Shown here in pieces: positions 43,930 through 57,335 of a stretch of DNA of 64,000 nucleotides. This DNA comes from the human T2T-CHM13v2.0 reference genome, Homo sapiens: NCBI RefSeq assembly GCF_009914755.1, contig NC_060932.1. The stretch is one strand, 5' to 3'. Position 1 is the first letter of the stretch; every line of letters begins with the position of its first letter. A program made the position numbers and the translations under genes. The notes beneath the pieces are model-generated. The model searched no databases and was not told the DNA's origin. It saw only the letters and a program-made list of their open reading frames with translations.

Positions 43930-44990
43930 AAAACAAATTAAGAAAATGAAAGATTTACAAAGAAATAAAAAAGGATCCCAGGAATAAATCCTTTCTCGTA
44001 TATGGTATAATAATTTTCAACAACACCAACAAGACCATTTGATAGAGAAAGGACAATCTTTTTAAAAAATTGTGTTGGGAAAACTGGATAATCACATGCA
44101 AAAGGATGACATTGTACCCATGCTTGTACTATACACAAAAAAATAACTCACAATGGATTCAAGATCTAAACGTGAGTTTTAAAACTATAAAAATATCAGA
44201 AGAAAATACAGGGGGAAATCTTCATGACATTGGATTTGAAAATAATTTCTTGTATATGACATCAAAACCATAGAAAACAAAATAAAAAATAGATAAATTG
44301 GAGTTTAATAATTAAGAATTGTGCATTAAAGAACACATTCAACTGAGTAAAAAAGAAATATATGAAATGGGAGAAAATATTTGAAAATTATATATCTGAT
44401 AAATATCCAGAATATGTCAAAAATTCCTACAGCTCAAAACAATAAAACCCGTTAAAAATGGGCCAAGGACTTGAATACAGACATTTCTTCAAAGAAGATA
44501 TATAGAACACTAATGAGTACATGAAAGAAGATATATAGATGACTAATGAGTACATGAAAGAAGATATATAGATGGCTAATGAGTACATGAAAATATATTT
44601 ACCATCACTAACCTTTAGAAAAACGCAGGTCAAAACTATAATGAGATAACAATTTTAACCTACTAAAATGGCTAGTATAAAAAAATTTTTAAAAATTGTG
44701 TTGACAAGAGTGTGGAAAAATGGAAAGCCTTGCACATAACTGATGGTATGTAAAGTGATCCAGGCTTTGTGGAAAATATTCTAGTGGTTCCTCAGAAAAA
44801 GAAGCACAGAATTACCATATTAGCCAGCAATTTGCATATACATATAAACCCAAAAGTATTGAAAGCAGAGACACAGACAGATATTTTTGCATCCATTTTC
44901 ATAGCAGCATTATTTCCAATAGCCAAAATAGCATGGAAATAACCTTTTCTCATACATGAGGCAGTGAAGAATCTTAAAAGCATTGAGCTC
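43930..44990 (+). mobile_element. L1M ORF2 3' fragment
   Basis: ORF 44070-44273 (CWENWIITCKRM..WIQDLNV) resembles the ORF2 C-terminal region. Confidence 0.8.
44491..44592 (+). repeat. 33-bp tandem repeat x3 inside L1
   Basis: Unit aaagaagatatatagatgactaatgagtacatg at 44491, 44524 and 44557. Confidence 0.95.
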
Positions 44991-45559
44991 TACCATAGTT
45001 TAAGGTTGCTGCATGTTTGCTTAATTTCAACAGTTTTGCATTGCAATTCATTTCTTATATAAAACATTCTGAATCACTTTTCTTTAGACAAATCACTTTG
45101 AATCAAGATATCATTGGATTGTCTGCCTGTATGTGTGTGTGCATGCATGCAAATGTGTTTTAAAGTTACTGTTTCCTTGTCTTTTTTGATGGTTACTAAA
45201 TTTATTTACATTTAATGTCATAATATTTTGGTGGCAATACTGATTGCTTAATTCATTACATTGATATTTTAGTTGTCTGGTTTATTTTTTTCATTTAACT
45301 ATATCGATATTTTTGCATAGATTTTTTTTCCTCTCTAATTCTCTTGATACTTATTCATTTTTATGTTAGAGGAATATCTATTTTTCTAATTAATACAGTC
45401 AAAAGTAGAATAATGTCACATTATACAAATAATGTGGAAATTTTCCATAGAAATTTTGCCATTAACTTACTTTAAAATTAGTTCCCAAGTGTGTCAATAA
45501 TTTTTCATAAAATTATTTTTGAAACAGCTTATATAGTTCTACTTTAAAATTTACTTTTA

Positions 45560-46000
45560 AATATTTGTAATTTTAACCAACAACTTATAATTGTATATAC
45601 TTATGAGGTAAGAAGTGATGTTATGACATGTCATGACATGTTATGATATGTTATATGTATACATACAATGTGGAATGATTGAATCGAGTTAATTAGCATA
45701 TCAGTCCTATTGAATACTTATCATTTAATCCTCCTATCTAACTAAAACTTTGCATCCTTTGACCAACATCTCATTTTTGCTACGCCCCTAGCCTCTGGTA
45801 ACCACCATTCTACTTTTTCTATATATGTTTATATTGTGGTTCCATATGAATTTTATAAATTTTTATTTATATGAAATATAGCATTGATATTTTTATAAAA
45901 ATTTCATTGAATCTGTAGATCACTTTGGGTAGTATGGACATTTAAGCAATATTAATTCTAATTCATGAAGACATGAAATGTGTATTTCTATTTATTCATT
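45560..46000 (-). mobile_element. L1M fragments
   Basis: atacaatgtggaatgattgaatc, cctctggtaaccaccattctact and ttgaatctgtagatcactttggg motifs. Confidence 0.7.
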
Positions 46001-46473
46001 ATTTCAATTTAAGTACTATCATTTATTAATTTTTAGGATTCACCCTCAGATATGTCAATAATTTTTTATAAAATTATTTTGAAACAGTTTTTTTGCTCCA
46101 TTTTTAATCTGAAGAACACCTTATTAGATAATATTAAATTAATGTGTTACATGTAGCCGTTCACAGAAGGGAATATGTTAGAATATGATAGATTAGAATA
46201 TATCATGTAAATAAAGATTAAATATAGCTAAAAGTTTAAAACTAAATTTGTCAATAATATTGTATATTGCCAATGGCTGTATATGTGTAAGTGTACTGAG
46301 TTGACATAAATATATAATGCACTTTGGGGCACAGTTATAGAAGATTAGAAAACACTTTTAAATTCAAATTTATGTATTTATTCTATAACTGTATTTGAAT
46401 TTCAAATTTTAAAATTCAAATCAGCAGTATGCTTTAAATATCATATTTGTAAAAGTCACTCTCATGTTTTCAG

Positions 46474-46638
46474 GAAAAAGTACACCCTTGTTTGTGAAAT
46501 GACATGCTGTTCCTCAGAAAAATGGCCTTTAATCAGTTGCTACATTTTTCTACCTTTCCTCATTTTAACTGCCATCATTGGTCTTAAATGGAACAAAATG
46601 AAGGGATTTTGACACTGAGCAAAAAGTGTAAGTGGAAG
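46474..46638 (+). pseudogene. ADAM3-like transmembrane exon, disabled: (G)KSTPLFVK*HAVPQKNGL[fs]LISCYIFLPFLILTAIIGLKWNKMKGF*H*AKSVSG
   Basis: ttttcag| acceptor and AG|gtaagt donor. TGA at 46500-46502, an apparent 1-nt deletion near 46530 and further stops. The hydrophobic TM segment resembles Adam3 'LLISFYILLPFLI'. Confidence 0.9.
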
Positions 46639-46913
46639 GTAAGTAAACTTGTGATTTTGTATATTTAATTTTACAAAAGAACTATGGGAAGAATTTGAGT
46701 ATAAATTTAAATATTACAAATAGGAATTTTGAGAAGGATTGGGTTAATGTTTAGAAAAACTGAATGAGATATTGAATAAGAAGGTCTTACTATACACCAA
46801 AGTTTCTTTTCAGATTTTGGGCAGTTAGGTGTTCTACATATTCTTACAAGGCAAGGAACAACTGAAGCTGCTCATTAAATCCTCATTGCCTTTCAAATAG
46901 AAAGCCCATATTG

Positions 46914-47198
46914 GGGCGGGGCATGGTGGCTCATGCCTGTAATGCCGGCACTTTGGGAGACCGAGGAGGGTGGATCACGAGGTCAGGAGTTTGAGACCAG
47001 CGTGGCCAGCATGATGAAACCCTGTGTCTTAAAAATACAAAAAATGAGAAGGGCGTGGTGGCACATGCCTGTAGTCCCGGCTACTTGGGAGGCTGAGGCA
47101 GGAGAATTGCTTGAACCACAGGCAGAGGTTGCAGTGAGCCGAGATCATGCCACTGCACTCCAGAGTGAGACTCCGTCTCGAAAATAAATAAATAAATA
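46914..47198 (+). mobile_element. AluS (Sg-like)
   Basis: ggatcacgaggtcaggagtttgag diagnostic, with TSD aaagcc(c)atattgg. Confidence 0.92.
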
Positions 47199-47654
47199 AA
47201 AGCCATATTGGCTGAAATTGTTTGAGGATGTTCTTTGGATTTCCCAGACAACCCCACTTTTCATGCATTGACAGTCATTTGTATCAAGGATATCAATAGA
47301 GACAGTTGGGGAAGCAACTTTTGTGAATAGAATATGTAGAAGGTAAGAAAATAAAACAGGAAACGAGGGAGAGAAAGTAGATAGGAAACTGCACTTTGTG
47401 CACAATTAATATTCTTCAATGGTTTCTAAAATTATTACAAAGGTTTTTGCAGTTATTTTCTTTGCTGTAACATCATTGCATACTCAGTAAATATTTAGGG
47501 ACAGAAGAATACGGATAATAAGGATAATAAGTGGATTTCTGTTTCTCACAGTTGAAGATGAAGATTAAATAATGATATAGAATTTCTACTAACACCTCTG
47601 TTTGCAAGCTAGATAATTTTATGTATCAACAAGTTAGCAGTAGCTAGCAGTTTA

Positions 47655-47697
47655 AAGTAATTGCAAAAACCGTAATTACTTTTGCACCAACCTAATA
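47655..47697. mobile_element. MADE1 (mariner MITE) fragment
   Basis: gcaaaaaccgtaattacttttgcaccaacctaata matches the recalled MADE1 TIR. Confidence 0.8.
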
Positions 47698-48799
47698 ATT
47701 TCAGAGTAATATTCTGGATTTTTTGGAAGACACATAATTATCACATTGCTATAAATTAACTTAATTGAATGATAGCTAGCATAAGTCTTCTTTTGCTCTT
47801 AAGACATCTTGGAAATATGTGAATATTTACTATAAGTAAATATGAGTAATGGAAAAAATGTTGTAATAAGAGATTAATGGTTACAAATGACAAAATCTGT
47901 TCAAGCAGCCTCTTTTACAACCATAAGTGGTTTCAAGGCTGCAAGGGTAAGAAACTAACTAGAGTTGAAGCACAAAAGACAGTAATGAACTGGATGGCCA
48001 GGAACTAAGTCATTTCATCCATTACTGATTGACATTACCCCTTCTTGTCCCTGTCTATTCTCTTTATATTGACTGCTGTGGCTTTGACTTGGCCCAATAC
48101 CTCTACCTCAACCCTTTCTATATTCACTTCCAAACAAAATAACAATAATCTTAGTCAATGTCTTTTAGTTAATATTCTCTGGAGACAGAAGAAAATAGCA
48201 GTGCAAGGGCACCTAAATTCATCTTGTATTCTATCTGGATTTATAATTCTGAGTTAGTTGTTCAAAACTTATCTTAAGAAAAAAACGGAGGCTTTATAAA
48301 TACCACAAAATGAAACTAAATGTATCTGAAAGACACAGAGGCCTCATTAAGGGCCTCATTAATGAAAGAGAAATTATAGTCCAAATAGTTATTTACATAG
48401 TTATTAGTAGAAATACTGTAACTGTGTAAATGGTAATGTAAGAATTTGAAGATGTGCACTTATATATCTTTTTAACTGTGGAGAGGCATTATCATAGATA
48501 TATTAGTATCTCATTCCATCTTCCATGTAGACAGGATAGAAAAAAATAATAGATTTTTAGTTTGAAATTTTTTAAAAAAGTCTTAAAACCTTTAAAAGTT
48601 AGACCAACATTAGATAAAGGCCAAACACAAAAATATATGCTGTCTGAGAGGTATATGGAAAGCAAAGTGGATATTGGTACCTACTAATTAACTATCACAA
48701 ATGTAGCTTTTTTACTCTTCTTGATTTTGCTTAAGATTTTGCTTCTTGATTTTACAATGGCTATTAACCCTAAAACCAATGTTAATCTCTTTTATACGG

Positions 48800-48868
48800 T
48801 TCTACATCAGAAGACAGCAGTAGTAGCAGCAACAGTAACAGCAGTAGTGACAGCAACCAGTCATAGAG
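48800..48868 (+). pseudogene. Probable ADAM3-like cytoplasmic-tail exon with stop: (S)STSEDSSSSSNSNSSSDSNQS*
   Basis: Ser-rich frame ending in TAG at 48864-48866, with strong donor GAG|GTAAGT. The acceptor reads tttatacgg (AG>GG), and the phase fits the preceding exon. Confidence 0.7.
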
Positions 48869-50699
48869 GTAAGTGATATAATTCATAAGACATACATATT
48901 TAAAAATTTTTAACAACACCTTAGTATGAGAAAGCTATTATTCCCATATTTTATCATCCGAACTTCTACATTTTAATATCATATGCTAAGCAAAGACTAA
49001 AGTATTTTATGTTATTATTATTTTATGCTTATTTGGAAATATTTTAATGTAACTGATATTAGCCAGATATTTATAAAAAATATTTTTGTAATAAGAAGTG
49101 ACTTCCAAATTATTTTACATACATTCTTAGAATATTTATGAATAATCATATTTCCTGCTCCTTCATTTAAGATTCTAATGTGTTTAGAAATTGGTAGATC
49201 TAATTGATTTACACAGATTGTTTCCCTATATTTACATTTTTTCCTTAATAACACTACATTGGTATTATTATCCTTATTTTAGAAATAAGAATATGGATGT
49301 AAAGAATTTAAATAATTCTTCATATGTATAGAGTTTTAGTGAGTTTTGCATTGGCGTTTAACTTAAAGCAATCAAACTCTAGAGTAGAAGCTTACAATCT
49401 TAAAACATATAGCCTGATATGTGGCTAGGGATAAGGAATAGAATAAACATGGATTGAGGACCTAGTTGATGCTTAGCAAAATGCTAAGTATACTCTCCCT
49501 CTGAGGCAGAAAGACAATTAATTATTTACTATGAAATGGCTTGAAATAGGCATATGTATGTACTATTCAAATTCATATGTGTAGAAAAATAATAAAGTTT
49601 GATGTTAGGCCTATCACTGGCAGTAAATTGAAAAGTTCAAAAATTCAATCTAGAGCAAGATCAAGATTTCATCCAATTGTTTATCTCCCATTCCTTCATA
49701 TCAGACTTTGAGTAATAATTATGTCCATGGGTCTCTATTTCCTTATCTGCCACCAAATAAAACCTTTATAACTAGTAACCTCAGTGTAAAAATTTTATTC
49801 ATGCCTAGACCAATCTCTACATCCTCCTTAAAAACTTTATTAGAAGCCCATGTCTTACCTGAGGATTCTGGCACTTGGCTACTGCCTTCTTCTCATGTCC
49901 TTCAATCAGAATCTCACCATCCTGCTGCGTGTCTTCACCTGAACTCCCTACCACCACCATCGGCCAACCACAGCCATTTTCTCCTAGAGCTTACCATTTC
50001 CCTGATTTCTTCCAACTCATAAGTCATAAATGCAACATCTTGCTTTCCTTTTTTCCTCTTTTCACAGCTTCCTTCTGCCAACAGTACCTTCTGGTTGCAT
50101 TGAAGTCTTGCCTCAATAATTTGAGATAGAGGGTTAGGCTATCAGTCCATAAATAATAGACATATAAGTTGATGATATAGTAAATTGAAACATTATTAAT
50201 CATATACAAAAGATTATAGCAGTAAGGATGAGTGGGGGAGTTGCTGTTGAGGAAGGTATTGGATAACAATTTTACATATTTTTTCTCTCAATAAGTCCTA
50301 TAGCACAAGTGATTTGTAAGCAAATAATCTGAAGGAGGTGAAATAATTACTCAGTTTTAATCATTGAAAGGAGTTACCTGAGTTCAAAGGATGAACTCAC
50401 AAAAAGCTTTTATTTAAACGCAAAGGGTACAGTGTAGCAAGAGAGAGTGCAGGCAAGCATTGGGGGTCAGAAAGACAAGGGGCTCCAAGGTTCCTTAATG
50501 TAGATTTTAAACAGCCCATTAACAATCCCAATGCCTTTTTCTCAACAAAAAGTCAAAACCAGATACCCAGGCTTTCCTAGAGATAAAGATTGAGTTTTTC
50601 CATTCTAGCTGTAAATCAAATCTATCCTACAGAGGCATGGAATTGGCAGAATTACTCATGCATATATCTAGGCAGTATATTTCCAAGCACATGAATGAT

Positions 50700-52800
50700 A
50701 TGATACAAAATAAGTTGGGAATGTTTGAAGAATACCAAAGATGTCAGTCCACCTGGAGCAGAGTTACTAAGAGGGCTATAGTTGTGGTTAGATCAGAGAA
50801 GTAACACCATGGAGGGTCTTGGAGCTTTTGGAGTCTGTCTCTGTTTTACTTTGAGTGAAAGGAAGGAATTACTGAATAGTTCAGATTCCAGCCACACGGC
50901 CTTACTCTTTAAAAGGCCGACTTGTTGAAAACTGTCTGTATGATCACAAGAGTAGAAGTAGAGAAAATACTGCAATAATACATGAGAGAAAAGATAGTAC
51001 TTCAAACCAGGAGTGGTAAGGATAATCTTATGGATAAAATTTGAAGGTGACTCAGCAGAATGCATTGACTGTTTGGATGCAGAATGTAAGAAAAAGTGCT
51101 TAAATAATATGTCTATTGATGTAAAGCAGGAAAACAGCAAGGCTAAAATGTAAAACTAGGCCTGTTTCTAGAATGTGGGCTCTTCATACTTTTTAAAAGT
51201 CATTTGCAAGTCTATGAATACTGAGATATAAAAAAAATAGGTAACAGTGAGCCAAGACAAGTAACTGGTATGCCACAATAAGGATTTTAAATGTTTTTCT
51301 ATATGAGCAAGAACATAAAGTATTTTTGAGGTTGTAAGAGAGATCTGGCATGACATGTTTTGCATTTACCTATTTCATTGGGATAAAGTAGGCAGAATGG
51401 ATTCTGTCAGAACTGCAGACTGGTGAAGCAGCTAAGAGACTACTGAGTGCACAGGAAAGGTGTGATGAGGGCAGGATTAGAGAGGAGGAAAAGCACAAAA
51501 ATATTTTCAGGAATATGACAGAGGCAGAATCTGTTGGATTGGTTACTGAATGGATATATTTGGATTAGAATAAAAGAGAGAACTACAAAGACCTCTACTT
51601 TTCTGGCAGAATGGATAGTGACACCTTTTACCAATTGTTGCAGGAAGTCAGGGACCCTGAATGGAGGGACTGGCTGGAGCCATGGCAGAGGAACATAAAT
51701 GGTGAAGATTTCATGGACATTTATCAGTTCCCAAATAATACTTTATAATTTCTTATGCCTGTCTTTACTTTAATTTCTTAATCCTGTTATCTTCATAAGC
51801 CGAGAATGTGTGTCACCTCAGGACCACTGTGATAATTGTGTTAATTGTAAAAATTGATTGTAAAACATGTGTGTTTGAACAATATGAAATCAGTGCACCT
51901 TGAAAAAGAACAGAATAACAGTGATTTTTAGGGAACAAGGGAAGACAACCGTAAGGTCTGACTGCCTGCAGGGTCTGGCAAAAAGAGCCATATTTTTTAT
52001 CCTGCAGAGAGCCTATAAATGGACTTGTAAGTAGGAGAGATATGACTAAATTCTTTTCCTAGCAAGGAATGTTAATATTAATACCCTGGGAAAGGAATGC
52101 AGTCCTGGTGGGGGGAGGGGGGCTGCAGTCTATAAAGGGCTGCTCTGGGAGTGTCTGTCTTATGTGGTTGAGATAAGGACTGAGATACGCCCTGGTCTCC
52201 TGCAGTACCCTCAGGCTTATTAGGGTGGGGAAAAACTCCGCCCTGGTAAATTTGTGGTCAGACCAGTTCTCTGCTCTCGAACCCTGTTTTCTGTTGTTTA
52301 AGACGTTTATCAAGACAATACTTGCACAGCTGAACATAGACTCTTATCAGTAGTTCTGTTTTGCCTTTTGTCCTGTTCCCTCAGAAGCATGTGATCTTTG
52401 TTCTGCTTTTTGCCCTTTGAATCATGTGATCTTTGTACCTACTCCCTGTTTTACACCCCCTCCTCTTTTGAAACCCGTAGTAAAAACTTGCTGGTCTGAG
52501 ACTCAGGCGGGCATCATGGTCCTACCGATATGTGATGTCACCCCTGGAGGCCCAGGTGTAAAATTCCCCTCTTTGTACTCTTTCTCTTTATTTCTCAGCC
52601 AGCCAACACTTATGGAAAATAGAAAGAACCTACGTTGAAATATTGGGGGCGGGTTCCCCCAATAACCAATGACATACTGTATAGTAGGGAAAGAACTGTC
52701 TTAGGTTGGGGTGAGGAAGTGGAGGGGAGTGAATGATGATTATGGTTTTGAACGTGTATATGTGGAAACCTGTTGGAAATACACTGAGGGCTTTTGAAAA
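50700..52800. mobile_element. Degraded L2 fragments (interrupted by MER11)
   Basis: Purine-rich L2-like motifs (ttttactttgagtgaaagg; ggcagaatc..ttggattggttactgaatggat). Boundaries approximate. Confidence 0.5.
51636..52664 (+). mobile_element. MER11 solo LTR (HERV-K11/HML-8)
   Basis: Termini tgttgcaggaagtcagggaccc...gggggcgggttcccccaata, with 6-bp TSD ACCAAT at 51630-51635 and 52665-52670. Confidence 0.93.
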
Positions 52801-53194
52801 TTCTCTCCCTCTGCAGATACATATATAATAGAGAAATTAATAGGAACTCTTTTGTATTTCTTCACAGGTTTGCATTGCTCTTTCCCCCTCTGTTTTCTCG
52901 TTGGTGATTTCCATTTATTGATGTAAATTTAGAGACCATGTTAATGAAACCTGTGTGACTACCAATTTATAACATTTACTTTTAATGTGGCTATCACAAA
53001 TTATTCATGAATAAGGAACTTTGCTTTATGAATGTCCTGAATACCAGGCACAAATTATTAATACAACAGTATAGCAAGCAGTGTCTTATTTGAGTAATTA
53101 ATTGCTATACCTGTAGTTGCATTATAAAAGTAGACAACTTTTATTAACAACGAAAATTTAACATTTCTATTTTTCTATATTTCTTTTACAACAG

Positions 53195-53360
53195 TAACTA
53201 CATGATAACATCAAAAGCCATAAGATAGAGAAAGGATATTACCAAGAAACTTACCATTAACTGGCTTGATTCAACAATGAAAACAAAAATCGCCTTTTTT
53301 CTCCTTTCATTATGGCTTAAAGCTTTCAATTGCACAAACAAAATAAATTATATGACAGGA
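53195..53360 (+). pseudogene. Probable terminal 3' UTR exon of the ADAM3-like pseudogene
   Basis: Long polypyrimidine tract plus acag| acceptor, apparently unique sequence, AATAAA at 53342-53347 and downstream GT/T-rich sequence. Confidence 0.5.
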
Positions 53361-53453
53361 AGTATGCAAGCGTGTGTCTATTTATTATTCTACCTGCCAT
53401 GAATCTTTAAGTAGGAAAAAACCACTTTTGCTCTTTTTCACCCAGAAACCTGT

Positions 53454-53871
53454 TGTCACGCGCATCCGTGTGAAGACACCACCAAGCAGGCTTTGTGTGA
53501 GCAATAAAGCTTTTTAATCACCTGGGTGCAGGCAGGCTGAGTCTGAAAAAGGCGTCAGCAAAGGGAGATGGGGTGGGGCAGTTTTATAGGATTTGGGTAG
53601 GTAGTGGAAAATAACAGTCAAAGGGGGTTTTTCTCTTGCAGGCAAGGGCAGAGGCTACAAGGTGCTCGGTGGGGAGCTTCTGATATTCATTGTCCAAGAG
53701 AAAGAATTTCACAAGGTCAATTGATCAGTTAGGGTGGGGCAGGAACAAATCACAATGGTGGAATGTCATCAGTTAAGGCAGGAACCAGCCATTTTCACTT
53801 CTTCTGTGGTTCTTCAGTTGCCTCAGGCCATCTGGATGTATACGTCCAGGTTTGGGCTCAGAGGCCTGACA
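53454..53871 (-). mobile_element. LTR7-family solo LTR (HERV-H)
   Basis: The reverse complement starts TGTCAGGCCTCTGAGCCCAAA. 5-bp TSD CCTGT at 53449-53453 and 53872-53876. Confidence 0.93.
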
Positions 53872-54621
53872 CCTGTTACATCCTAAACTGAAAACTTTCA
53901 GATTCTTCAGATGCCCACGGTCATGCTGACTGCTCCCGTCTCAAGAGAGGACACCAATAGCCACACCTCCAATAGTTCATGATTCCCCTGCCCTCTCTGT
54001 TCCAGGCATTAGGATACCGAGTGGAAGAATTGATAGATATTCACTCTCATAGCCCCCAGATAGTCACTAGTATCCCTTCTACTTTAAAGAAATTGCTCAA
54101 ACTGAGTTTGAGGTCATAGTACCATCAGGTACGTATGCTTCGTTGGCCCTGTATAAACTGATCTGGAAGATTTCTCTGTCCTTTGAGAAAACTCAAACTT
54201 GCTGCTCTATCTTCCCTGAAGTTGGGCATTTCTGGGTAAGATTTTCTTGCCTCGGTCTCCCCTCCCATCCGTCTCTTGCTAAGATGGGGGCACTTCTACA
54301 TATCGCAGAGCATTACACATGGGTTAGGGATCCATCAGCCCACCTGGAGTCCAATTAGGACCTACAGAGTCTTCATCACAAACCAAGATGCTCCTTAGAC
54401 AGGGGTGGAGGAACCTCACCACAGAGGTCCAGAGTTTCCTATTCCAAATATCCATCAACTGAAAAATGGGTAAACAAAATGTGGTATATCCAAACAATGG
54501 AATATTATTCAGCCCTAAAAAGGAATGAAGCACTGACACTGGTACAACATGATTGGTCCTTGAAACCATTATGCTAAGTGAATAAAGCCAGTCACAAACA
54601 TCAGATATTTACATGTGTATT

Positions 54622-55421
54622 TGAAGAAGCCTCATTGTCTGGGGTAAGTACCAAGGTTCTCGGTCTCATGGCCAAGGAGATGGAGGTCGTGGACACACAC
54701 ACACAGACAAACACACAGACACACACACACACACACACACACAGAGGGAATTTGGAGCAGGAGTTTAATAGACAAAAGGAAAGAACAGCTCTCTGTCTCA
54801 GAGAGGGGTCCCAAGCGGGTTGCCAAGTTGTCAGGGTTTTTATAAATGGGCTAGTGAGGACGGGGCTCGTGAAGGGGGGATGTCTTATCCTCCTAGGGCC
54901 AGATGGTTTGATTGAGAACAGGTGTGTTATCTGTATGGTGCAGAGTTTTTGTCAGTTCTCATCCCATTCCCTGCCCACATAGGCAGAATCTCAGTCTGTG
55001 TAACTTTGTTCTGCTTATCTGGGAGGGAGAGTTTCTGTGTCTGTTCCCAGACATCTTCCTGCATCCGCAGGCATCCCCCTGCCCCCACAAGTCTGCTTTT
55101 GGCTTCCCTATCTCAGTGTGCCTAAAGGGAAAGGAATGTGCTTATTAAAGCCCTCTGTTTTACTGGGGCCCATTGTGTAAGTGTGAAGTCTGGTGATTAC
55201 CCAGGAGACCTTCCCCTTCTTTCTGTGCCCAAGCTGTTGATGTGTGATTTACAGCCTGAACTTTCAGCCTGCTTGTTGTTAGAAGAGAAGCGATTTCTTT
55301 GAACTGCCTGAGGTTAGAAAGGGAGGTATTTTTGAGCTGCTTTTTGTTAAAAGGAAAGATTTCTGCCAGGGACTCACTTTACCCTGTCTACCTAAATAAT
55401 TTCTTTCTGCCTCCTATAACA
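54622..55421 (-). mobile_element. ERV1 (MER4-group-like) solo LTR with internal (CA)n, inserted in an L1M 3' fragment (~54445-55710)
   Basis: TG...CA termini and 4-bp TSD TATT. The host L1 resumes after 55421. Exact family uncertain. Confidence 0.75.
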
Positions 55422-55894
55422 TATTCATTTGTATGAAAAGTCCAGAATAGAGACATCTCTTAAGATAGAAATTAGTTTAGTGGTTGTTTAGGGAGTAGAG
55501 GGGTGGGATAAAGAACTTGTTTTGGGGGTGGGAGGGTACTTTATGGCTAATGGGCACAGAGTTTCTTCATGATGTGATGAAACTAATTTCAAATTGACTA
55601 TAGTGATGTTCACACATATCTGAGAACATATTAAAAATCACTTAATTGTATGCTTTAAATGGGTAAATTGCATGGCATATGAATTATATCTCAATAAAGC
55701 TGTTTAAAAATACAACCTGGGATAAATTTACCAGAAAATATAACCTGGGATAATTCTACCAGATTTCTCTCATCTTCATTGCCACTAACTTATTTTGGGT
55801 CATTGTGCTCAATGGCCTGCTTCTTGTCAATAATAATTTTTGAGCTATCTGTTCAGGCGTACCAGCACTTAGCAGATCCAAGTTTTAGTCCTGA

Positions 55895-56212
<318 letters not shown>

Positions 56213-56779
56213 TGATCAGTTTTATTTTTGCACACAATTTTGCACACAATTTTTGCACACATATTTTGACACAATTCATCCCTGAAATAGGGGGTACTGG
56301 AGTAAAAGGCTTGAGTGTGATAGATGGGTTGGGTTTTGGACATGTGCCATTTAAGATATTTGTCAAAAAGTTAAGGGAGGCAGTTGCATAGTCTTCTACA
56401 GTGGTCTCAATTTTTCTCTCTCCCCTTGCCTTGCTGCCCTTCCTGTCTCCACAGTTTCTTACTTAGAGCTTAGAGTCACTGTTAACAAAACAGTCAGATT
56501 GCATTGTAAAGGTTTTCTTTTCCCTTAGAACACTATATTATAATCTTGTGTAGTAAGCAAGGTACACAGTTGAAGTAAAGTGCTTTCTGATTGTCTTTTC
56601 AAGATAAAGTTCCATTTTCTTGAATTCTCTTTATTTGCAAAAATAACACTAAATATTAAAGCTTTCCTTTCTCTTTCCTCCACTGATTATAATATAGTTT
56701 TATGAGAAAAATACACTGTTGAAGAAATGTGCTTTTTGATGGTCTTAGTGGGATCAACTCCATTTTCTTTTCTGCAAAT

Positions 56780-57335
56780 TTATTTCAAATAATTTTGTGT
56801 ATTTATAGGGTACAGCGTGATGTTTTGATCTATCTATACATTATAGAATGCTTCAGTCAAGCTAGTTAATATACCCATCTCCTCATCAATTTATCATTTC
56901 TTTGTGGTGAGAACATTGAAAATAAATTTTAGCAATTTTGAAATATGCATTATTATTAACTGTGATCACCATGTAGTGCAAGAGATCATTAAAACTTATT
57001 CTTTCAGTCTGACTCATATTTTGTACCTTTAGATCAACATTTTCCCTTTCCCCATCCCTCATCCCACCTTCCCTGGCCTCTAGTAATCATCCTTCTATAA
57101 GATAGACTTTATTAGATTCCACATTCAAATGAGATCATACAGTATTTGTCTTTCTGTGCCTGGCATATTTCCCTTAGCATAACGTTCTCTGGTTCCATCC
57201 CTGTTGTTGCAAATGAATTTCCTTCGTTAAGGCTGTATACTATTCCACTGTGTATATTTACCACATTTTCTTTATTTACTCATTCCTCATTGACACTTAG
57301 GTTGATTCCATATCTTGGTTATCATGAATAACGGT
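56780..57335 (-). mobile_element. L1MA-type 3' end
   Basis: ttagattccacatt..aatgagatcatacagtatttgtctttctgtgcctgg. Confidence 0.8.

Noticed and set aside
44491-44592. 33-bp repeats as a CRISPR-like array
   Set aside because: The units are head-to-tail with no spacers, lie inside L1 sequence in a primate genome, and no cas genes are present.
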